A stretch of 63,348 nt of DNA from a virus (Duplodnaviria > Caudoviricetes): positions 1-63,348 of the IMG/VR virus record IMGVR_UViG_3300035688_000005; one strand, written 5' to 3'. The number at the start of each line of letters is the position of its first letter. The first letter of the stretch is position 1. Position numbers and translations under genes: made by a program. Below, one piece after another: positions 17,265 through 27,567 of the stretch. Below the pieces are notes generated by a model, which was not told the DNA's origin, made no database searches, and saw only the letters and a list, made by a program, of their open reading frames with translations.

Positions 17265-19283
17265 TCAATAAGTCACCGTTACGTCATTCACTACTAAATC
17301 TTTGACTGTGTCTGTATTTATAATTTTCCATCTTAATTTTTGCCCTACTGTTGAAAATGCGTGAGTTACTCCATCTGTAACTTCTTCAAATGTTAGTCCA
17401 TCATCTGCACTTAAAAATTCTTTATGGTCTGCTGTTCCTCCTGTTGGGTCATCATACAAAGAACTATCATATCTTGCAGTTCCATACGTTGCAATTATGA
17501 AATTCACACAATCGCAAATTAATTTTGCAGATGCTATATCTACTGCGTCTGTATAAATCAAAGCTGAAGTTGCCTGTTCTCCTGGGTCAAAAAACAACTT
17601 TTTATTTACTGTGTCCCAATCTGCTGTGACCGCACTCCCAAAATCTAAAGTTCCTGTATCTAATACACCATACGCTACGCTATCTAAATAAAATCCTAAT
17701 CCTGTTGTCCCTTTGAATTCTGTGTCGTAAAATTCTTCTGCAAAAGTATTATTCGGATTGATTAACCTTATAGAAATCGGGACAGATGTTACGCTACCTA
17801 ATCTTACTATACCTAAAATTCCTGCGTCTGGATTTCCTAGAATAAAAGAACTAGCAGAACTACTACCCCATTTACCTATCCCCCAAACCCCATAAGCTGG
17901 ATTGCCCCAAATCAATACATCTCCTGCTATGTTGGTCTGGTCTATTCTCATAAATCTTGGCTTCATTAGGATATTTGACGATTGAGATAAAACATTCAAC
18001 AAATAATCCTGCGTTCCTGTTACCATCTCTTCCAATCTTTTTATTCTGTTCTCCGTTCCAGAAATGAATTCATCAAACGTCCACATTTTGTCCCCCACTA
18101 CTATCTCATCATAATCATAAGGGAATCTTAGATTCTGATGCGTTATGACATACAAAGCATTCTTATTGTTTATATCATCCACTACTTGAATCTTTTGACC
18201 CACCAACAATCCGAGAGATATAACATCTCTTGCCGACAGAGTTGTTGAATAAAATGGAGTTGAAAATCTCCCCAATATTTCACCGACTCTTAATTCTGCA
18301 TCTTGTGTGCTTCTTACATCAGTCAAAAGGATTTTCTTTTCCCATCTGCCATAAATAGCAATTGATGCGTTATTTTCAAGTTTGACTGGCGTTGGAATTG
18401 AATAGGTATATCTAATCTCTACGTTATTTACACCTACAGGTGGAGCTACTGCAAATCTTATCTTTTTGTTCACTTTGTCAACATAATAATTAGCACTAAC
18501 ACTTGAGCCTTCAACTTGACCTGTTTGTAAAACACTACTTAGATAAACTTTCGTGGATTCTGGAGTTTTTTGAAGGGTAAATGTTAACAGAGCACCAGTC
18601 CCGTTAAAGAATTCGGTAGTCTCAACATCCTGATAACTTCCTTCTGCTATTATAGAATTTGCAAGTTCTGTTCTATCTTCTGTCCATTTCGGAACTTGAA
18701 TTAAATTATCTCCAACTGTTAGAGTATTTGTGTTTAAATTAAATCCCTTTGGCTCAAAATAAACTTTATTCGTATCTGGTCTGTAATATATCTGCCAATT
18801 CATAGTGTTTGCTAAAGCCTGACATCTTTCGCTTACATAAGCGTCTCTGCATACGAATTTAGAAATCACGCTAGAACTTCCCGTATCCTGAATTGTTGTT
18901 CCATCTGCATTCAAACCACCATAGACTGTAACTAAATCAAGAATTATGTCACTTACTTTCATATTCAAATAAATCTTTGTGACTATTCTACGTCCTAATT
19001 GCCCCATTTTATCTTTTGCTTTTACTTGAACCTTTGTCCCAGTTTCTGTAAAACTATCAACGTAACCATCTAAAACAAACTCATCGCTTGGTGTCGTAAC
19101 TCCCCTGAAAACTTGAATGGACACCCCTTGAGCTAAGGTTATCAAATCAGTTAATTTTTTAGTAAATTCTAAATCTATTGTGTGCATAAAATCACCGAAA
19201 CTTCTATTGATTGTCCAGTTCAAAATCGGGTCTGTAACATCTATTCCTCCTATGAAAACTTGAGTCATCATTTTCTCTGTCAT
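17265..19283 (-). CDS. baseplate hub / tail tip protein
   Basis: 672 aa, after tape measure and Dit-like gene; SIAIYG motif. Confidence 0.65.
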   Translation of the reverse strand: MTEKMMTQVFIGGIDVTDPILNWTINRSFGDFMHTIDLEFTKKLTDLITLAQGVSIQVFRGVTTPSDEFVLDGYVDSFTETGTKVQVKAKDKMGQLGRRIVTKIYLNMKVSDIILDLVTVYGGLNADGTTIQDTGSSSVISKFVCRDAYVSERCQALANTMNWQIYYRPDTNKVYFEPKGFNLNTNTLTVGDNLIQVPKWTEDRTELANSIIAEGSYQDVETTEFFNGTGALLTFTLQKTPESTKVYLSSVLQTGQVEGSSVSANYYVDKVNKKIRFAVAPPVGVNNVEIRYTYSIPTPVKLENNASIAIYGRWEKKILLTDVRSTQDAELRVGEILGRFSTPFYSTTLSARDVISLGLLVGQKIQVVDDINNKNALYVITHQNLRFPYDYDEIVVGDKMWTFDEFISGTENRIKRLEEMVTGTQDYLLNVLSQSSNILMKPRFMRIDQTNIAGDVLIWGNPAYGVWGIGKWGSSSASSFILGNPDAGILGIVRLGSVTSVPISIRLINPNNTFAEEFYDTEFKGTTGLGFYLDSVAYGVLDTGTLDFGSAVTADWDTVNKKLFFDPGEQATSALIYTDAVDIASAKLICDCVNFIIATYGTARYDSSLYDDPTGGTADHKEFLSADDGLTFEEVTDGVTHAFSTVGQKLRWKIINTDTVKDLVVNDVTVTY

Positions 19284-19287
19284 AACA

Positions 19288-19560
19288 TCACTTCTTTAAT
19301 CTTATGTCATTCAACAATCGTATCATCTCATTATTCAATCTAACTAATTCCTTTGTCTGCCAAAGCATATCCTGCCTCCATCTATCTTCAATTCTTTCTT
19401 TTTCTCTGAAGTAGATAGCCAGCATTTTTTTTAGTTGCCTTACTTCTATGACCAACCACTCTAGGTCTAATGTTTCTCTTTCTTTAGTTTTTTCTTTATT
19501 TGACAAAGCCTTCAATTGCTCTATTTCATCTTTGTTAGGTTTCACCAATTCTCCGTTCAT
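19288..19560 (-). CDS. hypothetical coiled-coil protein
   Basis: ORF track. Confidence 0.5.
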   Translation of the reverse strand: MNGELVKPNKDEIEQLKALSNKEKTKERETLDLEWLVIEVRQLKKMLAIYFREKERIEDRWRQDMLWQTKELVRLNNEMIRLLNDIRLKK

Positions 19561-19991
19561 AGTAAATCACTTGCCTCCGTTAATTTAATCGAAAACGATA
19601 TTTTTCCTGGCGACCCCTCTTCAAATCCAAAACTCAAATCTATTATCTTTACTTTAATATCTGCATCTAAAAAACCTGAATGGAAAGTAGAGGATATTTC
19701 TTGGTCTCCGTTTAGTATTTTCTGCAACTCATTCGCAAAATTCCTTAAATTTGTAATATTAGACACCACTTCATTTCCATTCAAATCTCTATCATCAGGT
19801 CTTGTTCCATCTATTGATATATCTCTCTGTGCTCCAAGAATGTCTATCGCCTGTAAATCCACAGAGTCTGATAAAGGCAAAGGAAAAATCTGAACATTAG
19901 ATGTCTTTCTAATGTCCTCTTTAGCAGTAAACAAAAGAGGAATAGGATTACCACTATTTGCATTCGGATGCCTGATAGTTCCACTAACCAT
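19557..19991 (-). CDS. distal tail (Dit-like) protein
   Basis: Immediately downstream of tape measure; DI.G..RDI.I.G. Confidence 0.5.
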   Translation of the reverse strand: MVSGTIRHPNANSGNPIPLLFTAKEDIRKTSNVQIFPLPLSDSVDLQAIDILGAQRDISIDGTRPDDRDLNGNEVVSNITNLRNFANELQKILNGDQEISSTFHSGFLDADIKVKIIDLSFGFEEGSPGKISFSIKLTEASDLL

Positions 19992-21880
19992 TATATACCA
20001 CCTACAGTTGGGACTCCTGGCTGTCTAGACCTTATTCTTCTTTGCAATTCTCTGTTAAGGTCGGTAGCCAATTTTTTAATATCATACTCTGAATCTATCC
20101 TTGCGTTTATTGTTATGTTCGGAGAGTAAGAAACAGGCGTCTCCCTTGCTCTAGCTTCTCCTGCCCTCAATACTTCTTCTTTTCTGTGCATCCAGTAATA
20201 ACCAGTCTCTGGGATTACCCCACCTAGTTGCTTCGACCCTTTTGGGGTTATAGATGGAGTAAAACCGCCTTTGGGGGTAGAAACCTCTATTTTAATATTT
20301 TTTATGGCAGTTATTATGTCTTTATTTCCTGTTTTTATTATGTCTTTCAACGGTAAACCACCACCTATTAAATTTAGTTGATTAGTCTGTTCCGTAAGTA
20401 TCGCGGCATTAGCTGCGTCTATCTGGTTTTGCGCTAGAACTTTTGCACCTGTACCCAACGTATCTAACTTTTCTTCTAATGCTGTCTTATATCCACTCAA
20501 CGCCGCTACCCATAGTTTAGATTGTTCGGCTTGTGCAGCTTTCAAATCTTTTTGCACGTCTGCTTGTGACCTAATCGATTCGTGTATCTCTGCTATTCCT
20601 TCTATTTTCAACTTTCCTAGACCAGGAACAATACCACTAACAAATTCTTTTGCCAACCCACTAATCATTCCTAATATATCTATTCCTGCAGGTTTCACTT
20701 CTGCTAGTGGGGGTTTTTCTGGCAAAGGCGGTATCTTTCCTTTCTCTAAGGCGTCTAGTGCATCTTGTAAGGCTTTTTTAAACGCATCAACTTCAGTTGT
20801 AGCATCTTGTAACGCTTTATTAAATGCTGCACTATACGTGTCTAGTAAGGTCGCCATCGTTCCTGTTGTCTGTCCAAAGATAGTCAAACCAAGAGCGGCA
20901 TCCCCAACTGAACCTGGCAAATCCTTAAACTCGTTATAAGCTTCTCTCCATTTTGGCGGTAACATACTCAAAAGGTCTACATTATCCTTTACCGCTTTTC
21001 CTAACATCTCTGCCGCCATTTTCCATACTTCAGATTTTGATAACTCTTCTACTGTTTTCCCTAAACCAGCTAGATAATTCACAAAATTTTGTAACGAATC
21101 ATTAAACCACTGCACTATTCCAACAGAGTCTTCAAAAGCTGCCAAAAATCCTGTTAATGGAGCTGTTGCATCTTTTATTCCTTGCATTAAAGGCATCAAA
21201 GCAAGATAGGTAGCCGCAAAAATTTCCTGCAGTTGGTCCATCGCCTCTGGCTGTGTTATTGCTCCAGCCTTCAAAGCTTTCAATACATCAGCAGCTTTTT
21301 TTAACGACTGCCTAATCACATTCATAGAAAGAATAATATACGGTCTCATCAGTATAGACAAGAAATCCCCAAATGGTTTCATAACCAAACTCCAGATTTT
21401 CTTTTGAATCATATCTATAGATTTAAAAGCTGGAGAGGACTCTTTCATAACTTCAATTTGTTTTTTCAACTTGTCGTTAATCCCATTCAAAATTGTTACT
21501 GCTACTCCTATACCAACAGCAATTGCTGCAATAGGTCCTAAAATAGCCATAATCCCAGACATAGCACCAGCACCTGCCGCCGCCTCTGGAGCTGCTGCCT
21601 CTAAAGCTTCAGCTGTCGGTGGAACAGGAATTGCTGGAACACCAGGCATCGTTACACCAGGCGGTTTTATCGCTTTTACATATCCTCTTATTTTATCAAA
21701 GGCATATTTCATTTCACTTACTATTCTGCCAAACATTCCAGGGATAGCTCCGACTATATCATCCACCGCTTTATTCGCTTCTTTAGAAACGTCCTTCATA
21801 GCTTTGTTTACGTCACTCTTTATTTTTGCTACTCCAGACACTGCTAAATTCAATACTCCTTTTATCGCAAACTCTGGCAT
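19991..21880 (-). CDS. tape measure protein
   Basis: Ala/Leu-rich helical 629 aa with TM segment; C-terminal QLGG.IP.TG.Y.MH..E.VL; follows tail chaperones. Confidence 0.8.
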   Translation of the reverse strand: MPEFAIKGVLNLAVSGVAKIKSDVNKAMKDVSKEANKAVDDIVGAIPGMFGRIVSEMKYAFDKIRGYVKAIKPPGVTMPGVPAIPVPPTAEALEAAAPEAAAGAGAMSGIMAILGPIAAIAVGIGVAVTILNGINDKLKKQIEVMKESSPAFKSIDMIQKKIWSLVMKPFGDFLSILMRPYIILSMNVIRQSLKKAADVLKALKAGAITQPEAMDQLQEIFAATYLALMPLMQGIKDATAPLTGFLAAFEDSVGIVQWFNDSLQNFVNYLAGLGKTVEELSKSEVWKMAAEMLGKAVKDNVDLLSMLPPKWREAYNEFKDLPGSVGDAALGLTIFGQTTGTMATLLDTYSAAFNKALQDATTEVDAFKKALQDALDALEKGKIPPLPEKPPLAEVKPAGIDILGMISGLAKEFVSGIVPGLGKLKIEGIAEIHESIRSQADVQKDLKAAQAEQSKLWVAALSGYKTALEEKLDTLGTGAKVLAQNQIDAANAAILTEQTNQLNLIGGGLPLKDIIKTGNKDIITAIKNIKIEVSTPKGGFTPSITPKGSKQLGGVIPETGYYWMHRKEEVLRAGEARARETPVSYSPNITINARIDSEYDIKKLATDLNRELQRRIRSRQPGVPTVGGI

Positions 21881-22403
21881 ATTTTCCTCTCCACTGCACT
21901 CATACCCATCATCTCATCGTCGAGTTCTTTAGTATCTTTTTTCAGAGTGTCAAGGAAGGTAAGAAACGCTACTACGTCTGTCAGGCTCATCGCTTCTACT
22001 TCAGAGGGCTGTATCCCCAATTCACGAACCAATCGGAATTTCGCAATCTTCACATTCGTGTCTAAGTCATCTGAGCCGTGTCTAAACGCCCATCGTAGTT
22101 TTATTTTTTTTCGGGGGTTACAGCTAGCATTTCGTTGAATGCGGCAAGAAGTTGCATCCCTAATGATTTTGGCAAGTTCCTGATACTTTCTTCATTAACT
22201 GGGAACGGAGCTTTCTTTATTGATTTTAGCAAAGCTTGTATTCCATACTTTTCCATATCCACTTCAGTTGTTATTTCAGGACCAAGTTTTGCAACACTCG
22301 TTTCCTTTACGAATTTAAGGTAATCTCCGTATTTCAATTCTTGCAGCACTACTACTTCCTGTCTGCCCTCCCATTCTATTTTTACCTCTTTCTCTATCGC
22401 CAT
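21862..22403 (-). CDS. tail assembly chaperone gpG/gpGT pair (-1 frameshift)
   Basis: 22101..22403 ends G AAA AAA AA TAA; the -1 frame (ATA AAA CTA CGA TGG...) is open into ORF 21862..22053. Confidence 0.8.
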
Positions 22404-22417
22404 CTATCTTCACCCCC

Positions 22418-23380
22418 TTATGGTGCTACTCCCGTGTTATTTGTTGCTGTCACAGATAAACTCCTCATCCAACCTGTTGCGTCTTCCCAAATGATAGCGG
22501 TTGGGTCTTGTGGCAAACTATCATCGTCGAACTTAACTCCAGTGAACGTTAAAGTTATTGTTCTCTCGTTTGTGCTTGTCAGTCCGTTGGTAAAGTTCAA
22601 TTTAAGTGTAGCCGTCTCTGCAACATCTGCTGCAGGAGCAGAAGCACTTCCATAAAATTTCTGCAACACTGTCGCAGAATTTACGAAAGCCGCAGAGAAA
22701 CCACTTAGTGTGTATTCTCTTTGCTTTGGAACAGATGCTTGACCGAACCTTGTTCCAAGTTGCCAAATTACTTCTATGTTGTTTGTTATTGTAACTTCGG
22801 CAGTCTGGATATAAGCTATCGGGACTCCTGTTGGTAGTTCCAACGTTCCTTCACTGAATACGAAAGGTTCTTCTGTTTCTGATACTGGTGAAACAGACAC
22901 TGCACTAAGAGTTTCGTTCACAAACGGAATGTCAAGTTTTACTTTCACTAACTCGTTAACTGCGCAAGTTATGACACACGAGTTTACTTTTCCGCCCAAC
23001 AGTTTCATTACATCAGGTCCTGCCGTGTTTATTTGATTCAGTATTGTTATCGAAGATACTGTGTCAGATTCAGCCCAAGTCCAGTTATATGGACCTGTTC
23101 CTAAAACTGACGGCGTTGCGCCAATCACGGCTCTGAAAAACCACGGGTTTGACAATACGAAACTTATCGTAGTCGTCGGCTCGTATTTTTTCACAACTAG
23201 TTTTTGGGCATTCCTAGCCCCTATTTGGAATATTCTTTCCATAGTGTTTTTTCTTGATAAAGTGTCTATTTTCACTCCGTGACCGAATGCTTTGTCAATT
23301 GTTCCTGCTGCACTTCCGAATGTAGTCTCCCATCCATATTTTACGAAAGACTTTACACCAGCAATTACATCATCTACCAT
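22418..23380 (-). CDS. major tail tube protein
   Basis: YG.ETTFG N-terminus, G.KVNS..I, TITNN; upstream of chaperones. Confidence 0.8.
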   Translation of the reverse strand: MVDDVIAGVKSFVKYGWETTFGSAAGTIDKAFGHGVKIDTLSRKNTMERIFQIGARNAQKLVVKKYEPTTTISFVLSNPWFFRAVIGATPSVLGTGPYNWTWAESDTVSSITILNQINTAGPDVMKLLGGKVNSCVITCAVNELVKVKLDIPFVNETLSAVSVSPVSETEEPFVFSEGTLELPTGVPIAYIQTAEVTITNNIEVIWQLGTRFGQASVPKQREYTLSGFSAAFVNSATVLQKFYGSASAPAADVAETATLKLNFTNGLTSTNERTITLTFTGVKFDDDSLPQDPTAIIWEDATGWMRSLSVTATNNTGVAP

Positions 23381-23410
23381 AGTTCCACCTCCATAATTTT
23401 TCTCTATTTA

Positions 23411-23632
23411 TCATTTCTTTCTTTTTTTAACTATGAAATCTTTGTCTTCTATGTCACCTTGGGTTTTTTGAACAATAGGAGATGGCTCTTCTTTCTTCGA
23501 GCAGACATCACAAATTTTTAAAGTTGTAACTTCTGCATCTTCTACTTTGTTATCAGTCCAAGTTTTCCCATCTTCGCTTGTTCTTCCACAATTCGGACAT
23601 TTCAATACTTTAACCATTTTAATTACCTCCAT
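23411..23632 (-). CDS. Zn-ribbon protein
   Basis: CPNC...CDVC. Confidence 0.5.
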   Translation of the reverse strand: MEVIKMVKVLKCPNCGRTSEDGKTWTDNKVEDAEVTTLKICDVCSKKEEPSPIVQKTQGDIEDKDFIVKKRKK

Positions 23633-23634
23633 TT

Positions 23635-24327
23635 TTACAAAAAGTCTACTTTTCTCATTATCTGCAAGTCAATAGACCTTTGAACTAATCTTCCTTCTCT
23701 ATCTCCTGTAACTATAATAGGACTTAGTGTAGTTGGACTAATAAATTTAAAATTGTAGAAATTCTTTGCGTTTTGCTGGATTTTTTGTCTTATGGCAGTT
23801 AAAGTTGTATTCACCCCTTGTGTTCCTTCCCCTGCTCCTCGTTCTGGATACCAAACGTAACAAGCAATCATATAATCGCTCACCCAAGATGTTCCTCCTA
23901 TCCCAAGCGGCGAAGTCGGTGCACTTACTATGTCAAATCCTATTCGTGGGTAGTTCTCTAAAGTAAGTTCTACTCTCGGCATATCTGGGTAAATCCTGTC
24001 TGAATTTCCATAGTCGTAATTCACCTCTACGTTATTTGAACCTGCAGGCGGTGCAATTGTAAAAGTAACTGTTGGATATGCACTTGGGTCATCGTCTTTG
24101 TAATTTATCAAATAATCAATACCATTTCTTAAGGTAACAGAATTCACCTTTACAAACCGCACATTTTTTACGTTCTTTCTTGTGAGGGTAAAAGTCAAAA
24201 CCGAACCAGTTCCACTGAATAAATCAGAAGCTGTAGTTACTCCTCTTAAACTAATAGAAAAAATATCCTGATTCCTAAGAAATACGGTTAGCTCTTCCAA
24301 GAACTTATAGACATTACTAAGTCCCAT
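23635..24327 (-). CDS. tail terminator-like protein with inserted beta domain
   Basis: Position before tail tube; YPRIG; start refined to MGLSNVY. Confidence 0.55.
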   Translation of the reverse strand: MGLSNVYKFLEELTVFLRNQDIFSISLRGVTTASDLFSGTGSVLTFTLTRKNVKNVRFVKVNSVTLRNGIDYLINYKDDDPSAYPTVTFTIAPPAGSNNVEVNYDYGNSDRIYPDMPRVELTLENYPRIGFDIVSAPTSPLGIGGTSWVSDYMIACYVWYPERGAGEGTQGVNTTLTAIRQKIQQNAKNFYNFKFISPTTLSPIIVTGDREGRLVQRSIDLQIMRKVDFL

Positions 24328-24339
24328 CTTTCTCACTTC

Positions 24340-24401
24340 GCCTTCAGCTTTCGCTAAGACTTGAGGACAGTTATCATCGCACCTCAAACTGCCCTGCCCA
24401 A
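24340..24401 (-). ncRNA. structured leader: relaxed BHB-like stem with K-loop-like loop, plus GNRA hairpin
   Basis: TTGG-GCA-GGGCAGTT ... AACTGTCC-TCAA; loop TGA-GGTG-CGATGA; TTAGC-GAAA-GCTGA. Confidence 0.4.
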
Positions 24402-24433
24402 ATTTTCCTACTTAATTATTTATCATAATCCCC

Positions 24434-24447
24434 TTATTAATCTAATT
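24434..24447 (-). promoter_or_regulatory. late-promoter-like motif AATTAGATTAATAA
   Basis: Exact 14-mer also at 36658-36671 and 46471-46484, each upstream of a structural gene block. Confidence 0.6.
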
Positions 24448-24545
24448 GATAGGGATTGTTTATCTTTTTTGTGAATTTTATGCAGTGTGTTGTTTTAAGA
24501 TAGGTTTGATACCCTTTAAAATCAAAGTATAACCTCTAGTTTTTA

Positions 24546-25097
24546 TTATAGCGAATGATGAATCATTTTGCGAACGTTTCTTTTAAGATTTGGTTTATCC
24601 TTATTATGTCTTTTCATATGACAGCTTTGACATAGAGTTATAAGGTTTTCCAGAAAATTATCTTCCGGTTTTTCGTATGGTTTGATATGGTGTGCAACTA
24701 TTTTAATTCCAGATTTTCCACAATCTTGACAGGTGAAATAATCTCTTTGCCATACTTTAATTCTGATTTTGTCCCAGTCTTCGCCTCTATACATAGAATA
24801 AAGTTTGGTTTTCCCCCCTTGCCAGTTCCAGTTATTTTCACCCTTCGTTCTATCTGAAGTAAATTGACCAGAATTTGACAATCCTAATTTGCTTGGGTTT
24901 TTATCTGTCTGAAATGGTGAGATTAATTTGCCTTCTTTAAAAAGCCTTTTTCTTGTATCAGATAATTTTTCACGTATTTCTATTCTTTTATTCCTTAAAG
25001 CAACATCTGGGTTTCTCATACCTTTTTTGAAACTGCCTTTGTTGGTATAACCTTTTAGTCCTTTATTCCAAGCGATATGTCCCTGTTTAAATACCAT
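24546..25097 (-). CDS. HNH homing endonuclease
   Basis: AWNKG, NWNWQGG, RDYFTCQDCG...AHHI...NLITLCQSCH. Confidence 0.85.
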   Translation of the reverse strand: MVFKQGHIAWNKGLKGYTNKGSFKKGMRNPDVALRNKRIEIREKLSDTRKRLFKEGKLISPFQTDKNPSKLGLSNSGQFTSDRTKGENNWNWQGGKTKLYSMYRGEDWDKIRIKVWQRDYFTCQDCGKSGIKIVAHHIKPYEKPEDNFLENLITLCQSCHMKRHNKDKPNLKRNVRKMIHHSL

Positions 25098-25151
25098 AAC
25101 TTAACTACCTATTAGTTAATATATTATTGATTTTTGTGATTTATAAAGATT

Positions 25152-25598
25152 TTAACTTTCAAAAGTTTTTTTAAGAATTTCATTAATTCTTTCCTGAGTC
25201 ATTTCGAAGAAGGCGGGACGCAAAAAAGGTCTATACCCACTTGGTGTTCTTAATGGACTTTTAGGCGTTCCTACTTGTATTCCTTTCTTATATATTTTTC
25301 TAGCTACTGGATACCAAGGTAATCCTTTTGCTTCTGACCACTTTTTAATTGATTCTTCTTCTGGCCAAGTCCCAGGCGGCTGACCATATTCCATAGTTAT
25401 TCCGTGTTTTTCTGGACTCCCAACTACAATAGTAAAACCATCAGGGTCTACTTCTACTTTAGAAGCTATGCTTCCTTTCAACTTTTGCGAAAAAACTGGA
25501 ACTAATTCTCTAGCTCTTAGTTCTATAGTAATTGCAACCCTATTAGCCGCTTTTCTTACCACATCTCCAACATTCTTCTCATTAAACTCAACTGCCAT
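25152..25598 (-). CDS. HK97 gp10-like tail completion protein
   Basis: A..LVPV....LKGSI, MEYG, RPFLRPA. Confidence 0.75.
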   Translation of the reverse strand: MAVEFNEKNVGDVVRKAANRVAITIELRARELVPVFSQKLKGSIASKVEVDPDGFTIVVGSPEKHGITMEYGQPPGTWPEEESIKKWSEAKGLPWYPVARKIYKKGIQVGTPKSPLRTPSGYRPFLRPAFFEMTQERINEILKKTFES

Positions 25599-25665
25599 TC
25601 AAATCACTGTTACTACTTACTATACTAATTTACCTCCTTATTACTGTTTTCTACCAAAAACAATA

Positions 25666-26055
25666 CTAAGTCTGACTTCCACTGATTTTAAACATCGGTG
25701 CGTATTTATATACTTCAACGTCTCCAATCTTTCTTATTATCACATTCTTAGATTCTGGCGTTATTTCATAAGTCTCTCCGTCTATTTGAAACCTGTCACC
25801 TATCTGCAAGTCTTGGTTTATCTTGACAATCACATAAGCGTCTCCCAAATCTACCAAACCTTCTCTGTCGAATGACCATCTTTGTTCTCTCTTTAAGAAT
25901 ATCGCTCTAATCGTAGCTGGCGTAGCGTAAGTATTAACTACACTTCCTGTGATATTAGAAAACCCTCTTGTTGCAGAAAGTCTAACTACATCTCTTGATA
26001 AATAATTGAACATCGAGACGAAATGAATATTAGTCAAAAAAGGCGGATTCGTCAT
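25666..26055 (-). CDS. head closure (stopper) protein
   Basis: Position; GDRF.IDGETYEI. Confidence 0.55.
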   Translation of the reverse strand: MTNPPFLTNIHFVSMFNYLSRDVVRLSATRGFSNITGSVVNTYATPATIRAIFLKREQRWSFDREGLVDLGDAYVIVKINQDLQIGDRFQIDGETYEITPESKNVIIRKIGDVEVYKYAPMFKISGSQT

Positions 26056-26464
26056 CTCAACACCCCGAATTGCAATATTACCCAAGACAAAAATATTAAA
26101 GCCAAAGCAGTTATTTCAATAGACCAACCAAACCAAAGTATTCCCATCTTTAAATTCTGAAATGCAACATCGAGTAAATGAAGACTATAAAGCAAGAAAA
26201 ACGCTGCAAATGAACCACCAACTACACAATCTAAAACTTTTTTATAAAATTTTTCCATCACAACCCCCTGTAAAATACTTTTCCATCTCTTATTAGGTAT
26301 TCTATAGTGCTTTCTATTTGCCTTAAAACATAAAGCAAGTCTGGCTCGTGGGAGCTTTTGACTTTTAGCTTGTCTATATCCCCATCTAACGCTTGCTTTA
26401 TTTCTACTCTTTCCCATTTTTTATAAGTAATTAATTCGTATGTCATATATATCACAACCTATAT

Positions 26465-27220
26465 TTAGTAGTATCCTCTAAATCTTCCGAACATAGAAGG
26501 CAAATCTTCTGTTCTTCCTCCAGCCCAACCACGCATATAGATTGGCTTGATTTGGAAGATGTAATGGTAATACTTGTTCAGTGCAGCTTCAGAAGACTCA
26601 TCAAAATGGCTAGTATCTATAGTTACAGTCTGCTCTGGTGCATTTATATTTGACAAACCAGACTTAACAATTTTTATTCTCATTTGTTTCATAGCCAAAT
26701 AAGTGGCATAGGCAATCGTAGCACGTTTTAATAAAGTATTAACAATCTCTGAAAAAGGTTTTTGTGCAAACCTGTAAGTCACTTTAACGCTTCTTCCGTT
26801 TGACGGATAACCAGCCTTAAGTGTAAAATATCCTTCCCTGTCGCTTATTGTATCAACCTGACTGCTTATGTCATAATCCTGCTGGCTATCGAATTCGTAA
26901 ACTTGTATGTCAGCTACAGTTAACGCTCCGTCTAAATTATCATCAGCAAAATAAATCCTGTATACTCCTCCTGCTGGAGGCAGAGATACGCCAGAATATC
27001 TTGAAACTCCTGAATTCGCCCTTGGGTAATATCTAACTACACCGCTAGACAAAGTTGTCCCTACTACTTGCTCTTCTCTAACTAAAAAATACGCATCTTC
27101 TCTTATATGGTTCATCGCTTCGGTAATAAATGTTGACATATCGCCTGAGCTAACATCATCTGTAGTCAATCCACTTTCAGCATATACTTCAGTTGTCGAC
27201 GCATAAGGAACTGCTGGCAT
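26465..27220 (-). CDS. head-tail adaptor protein
   Basis: YASTTEV N-terminus, VKVTYRF, L..A....A; position. Confidence 0.6.
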   Translation of the reverse strand: MPAVPYASTTEVYAESGLTTDDVSSGDMSTFITEAMNHIREDAYFLVREEQVVGTTLSSGVVRYYPRANSGVSRYSGVSLPPAGGVYRIYFADDNLDGALTVADIQVYEFDSQQDYDISSQVDTISDREGYFTLKAGYPSNGRSVKVTYRFAQKPFSEIVNTLLKRATIAYATYLAMKQMRIKIVKSGLSNINAPEQTVTIDTSHFDESSEAALNKYYHYIFQIKPIYMRGWAGGRTEDLPSMFGRFRGYY

Positions 27221-27567
27221 AAATTCACCTACTTATAATTAACCTTCTTTATTTAAAAGATTTTGGGGCGGCTGTAAAACCCTTAACAGCCACATACTAC
27301 ACCCCCACAATAAGTTTCAATACGACAGAAAGAACTATTACTATTATAAATCCGCCTATTATCACTTGGTTCGTTGAGTTTAATTTTTCCTTAATCCATT
27401 TTATATCGGTCTGCAAAATAGCAATCTCTTCACTTTGCTTCCCTATCGCAGACCACACTGATTTTCCATTAGCCATTACTATTTACCTCATTTTTGTTTC
27501 TTTCGCCATTCAGAATAATCCTGTGCCAATTTCTGGAATCCTTTTAATTTTTCAGCCATAAAATCAC

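Noticed and set aside
27265-27296. BHB at the hairpins near 27270, 31200, 32160, 56440, 56915 and 57150
   Set aside because: Stems are present but no 4-bp helix with two 3-nt bulges; treated as terminators or leader hairpins
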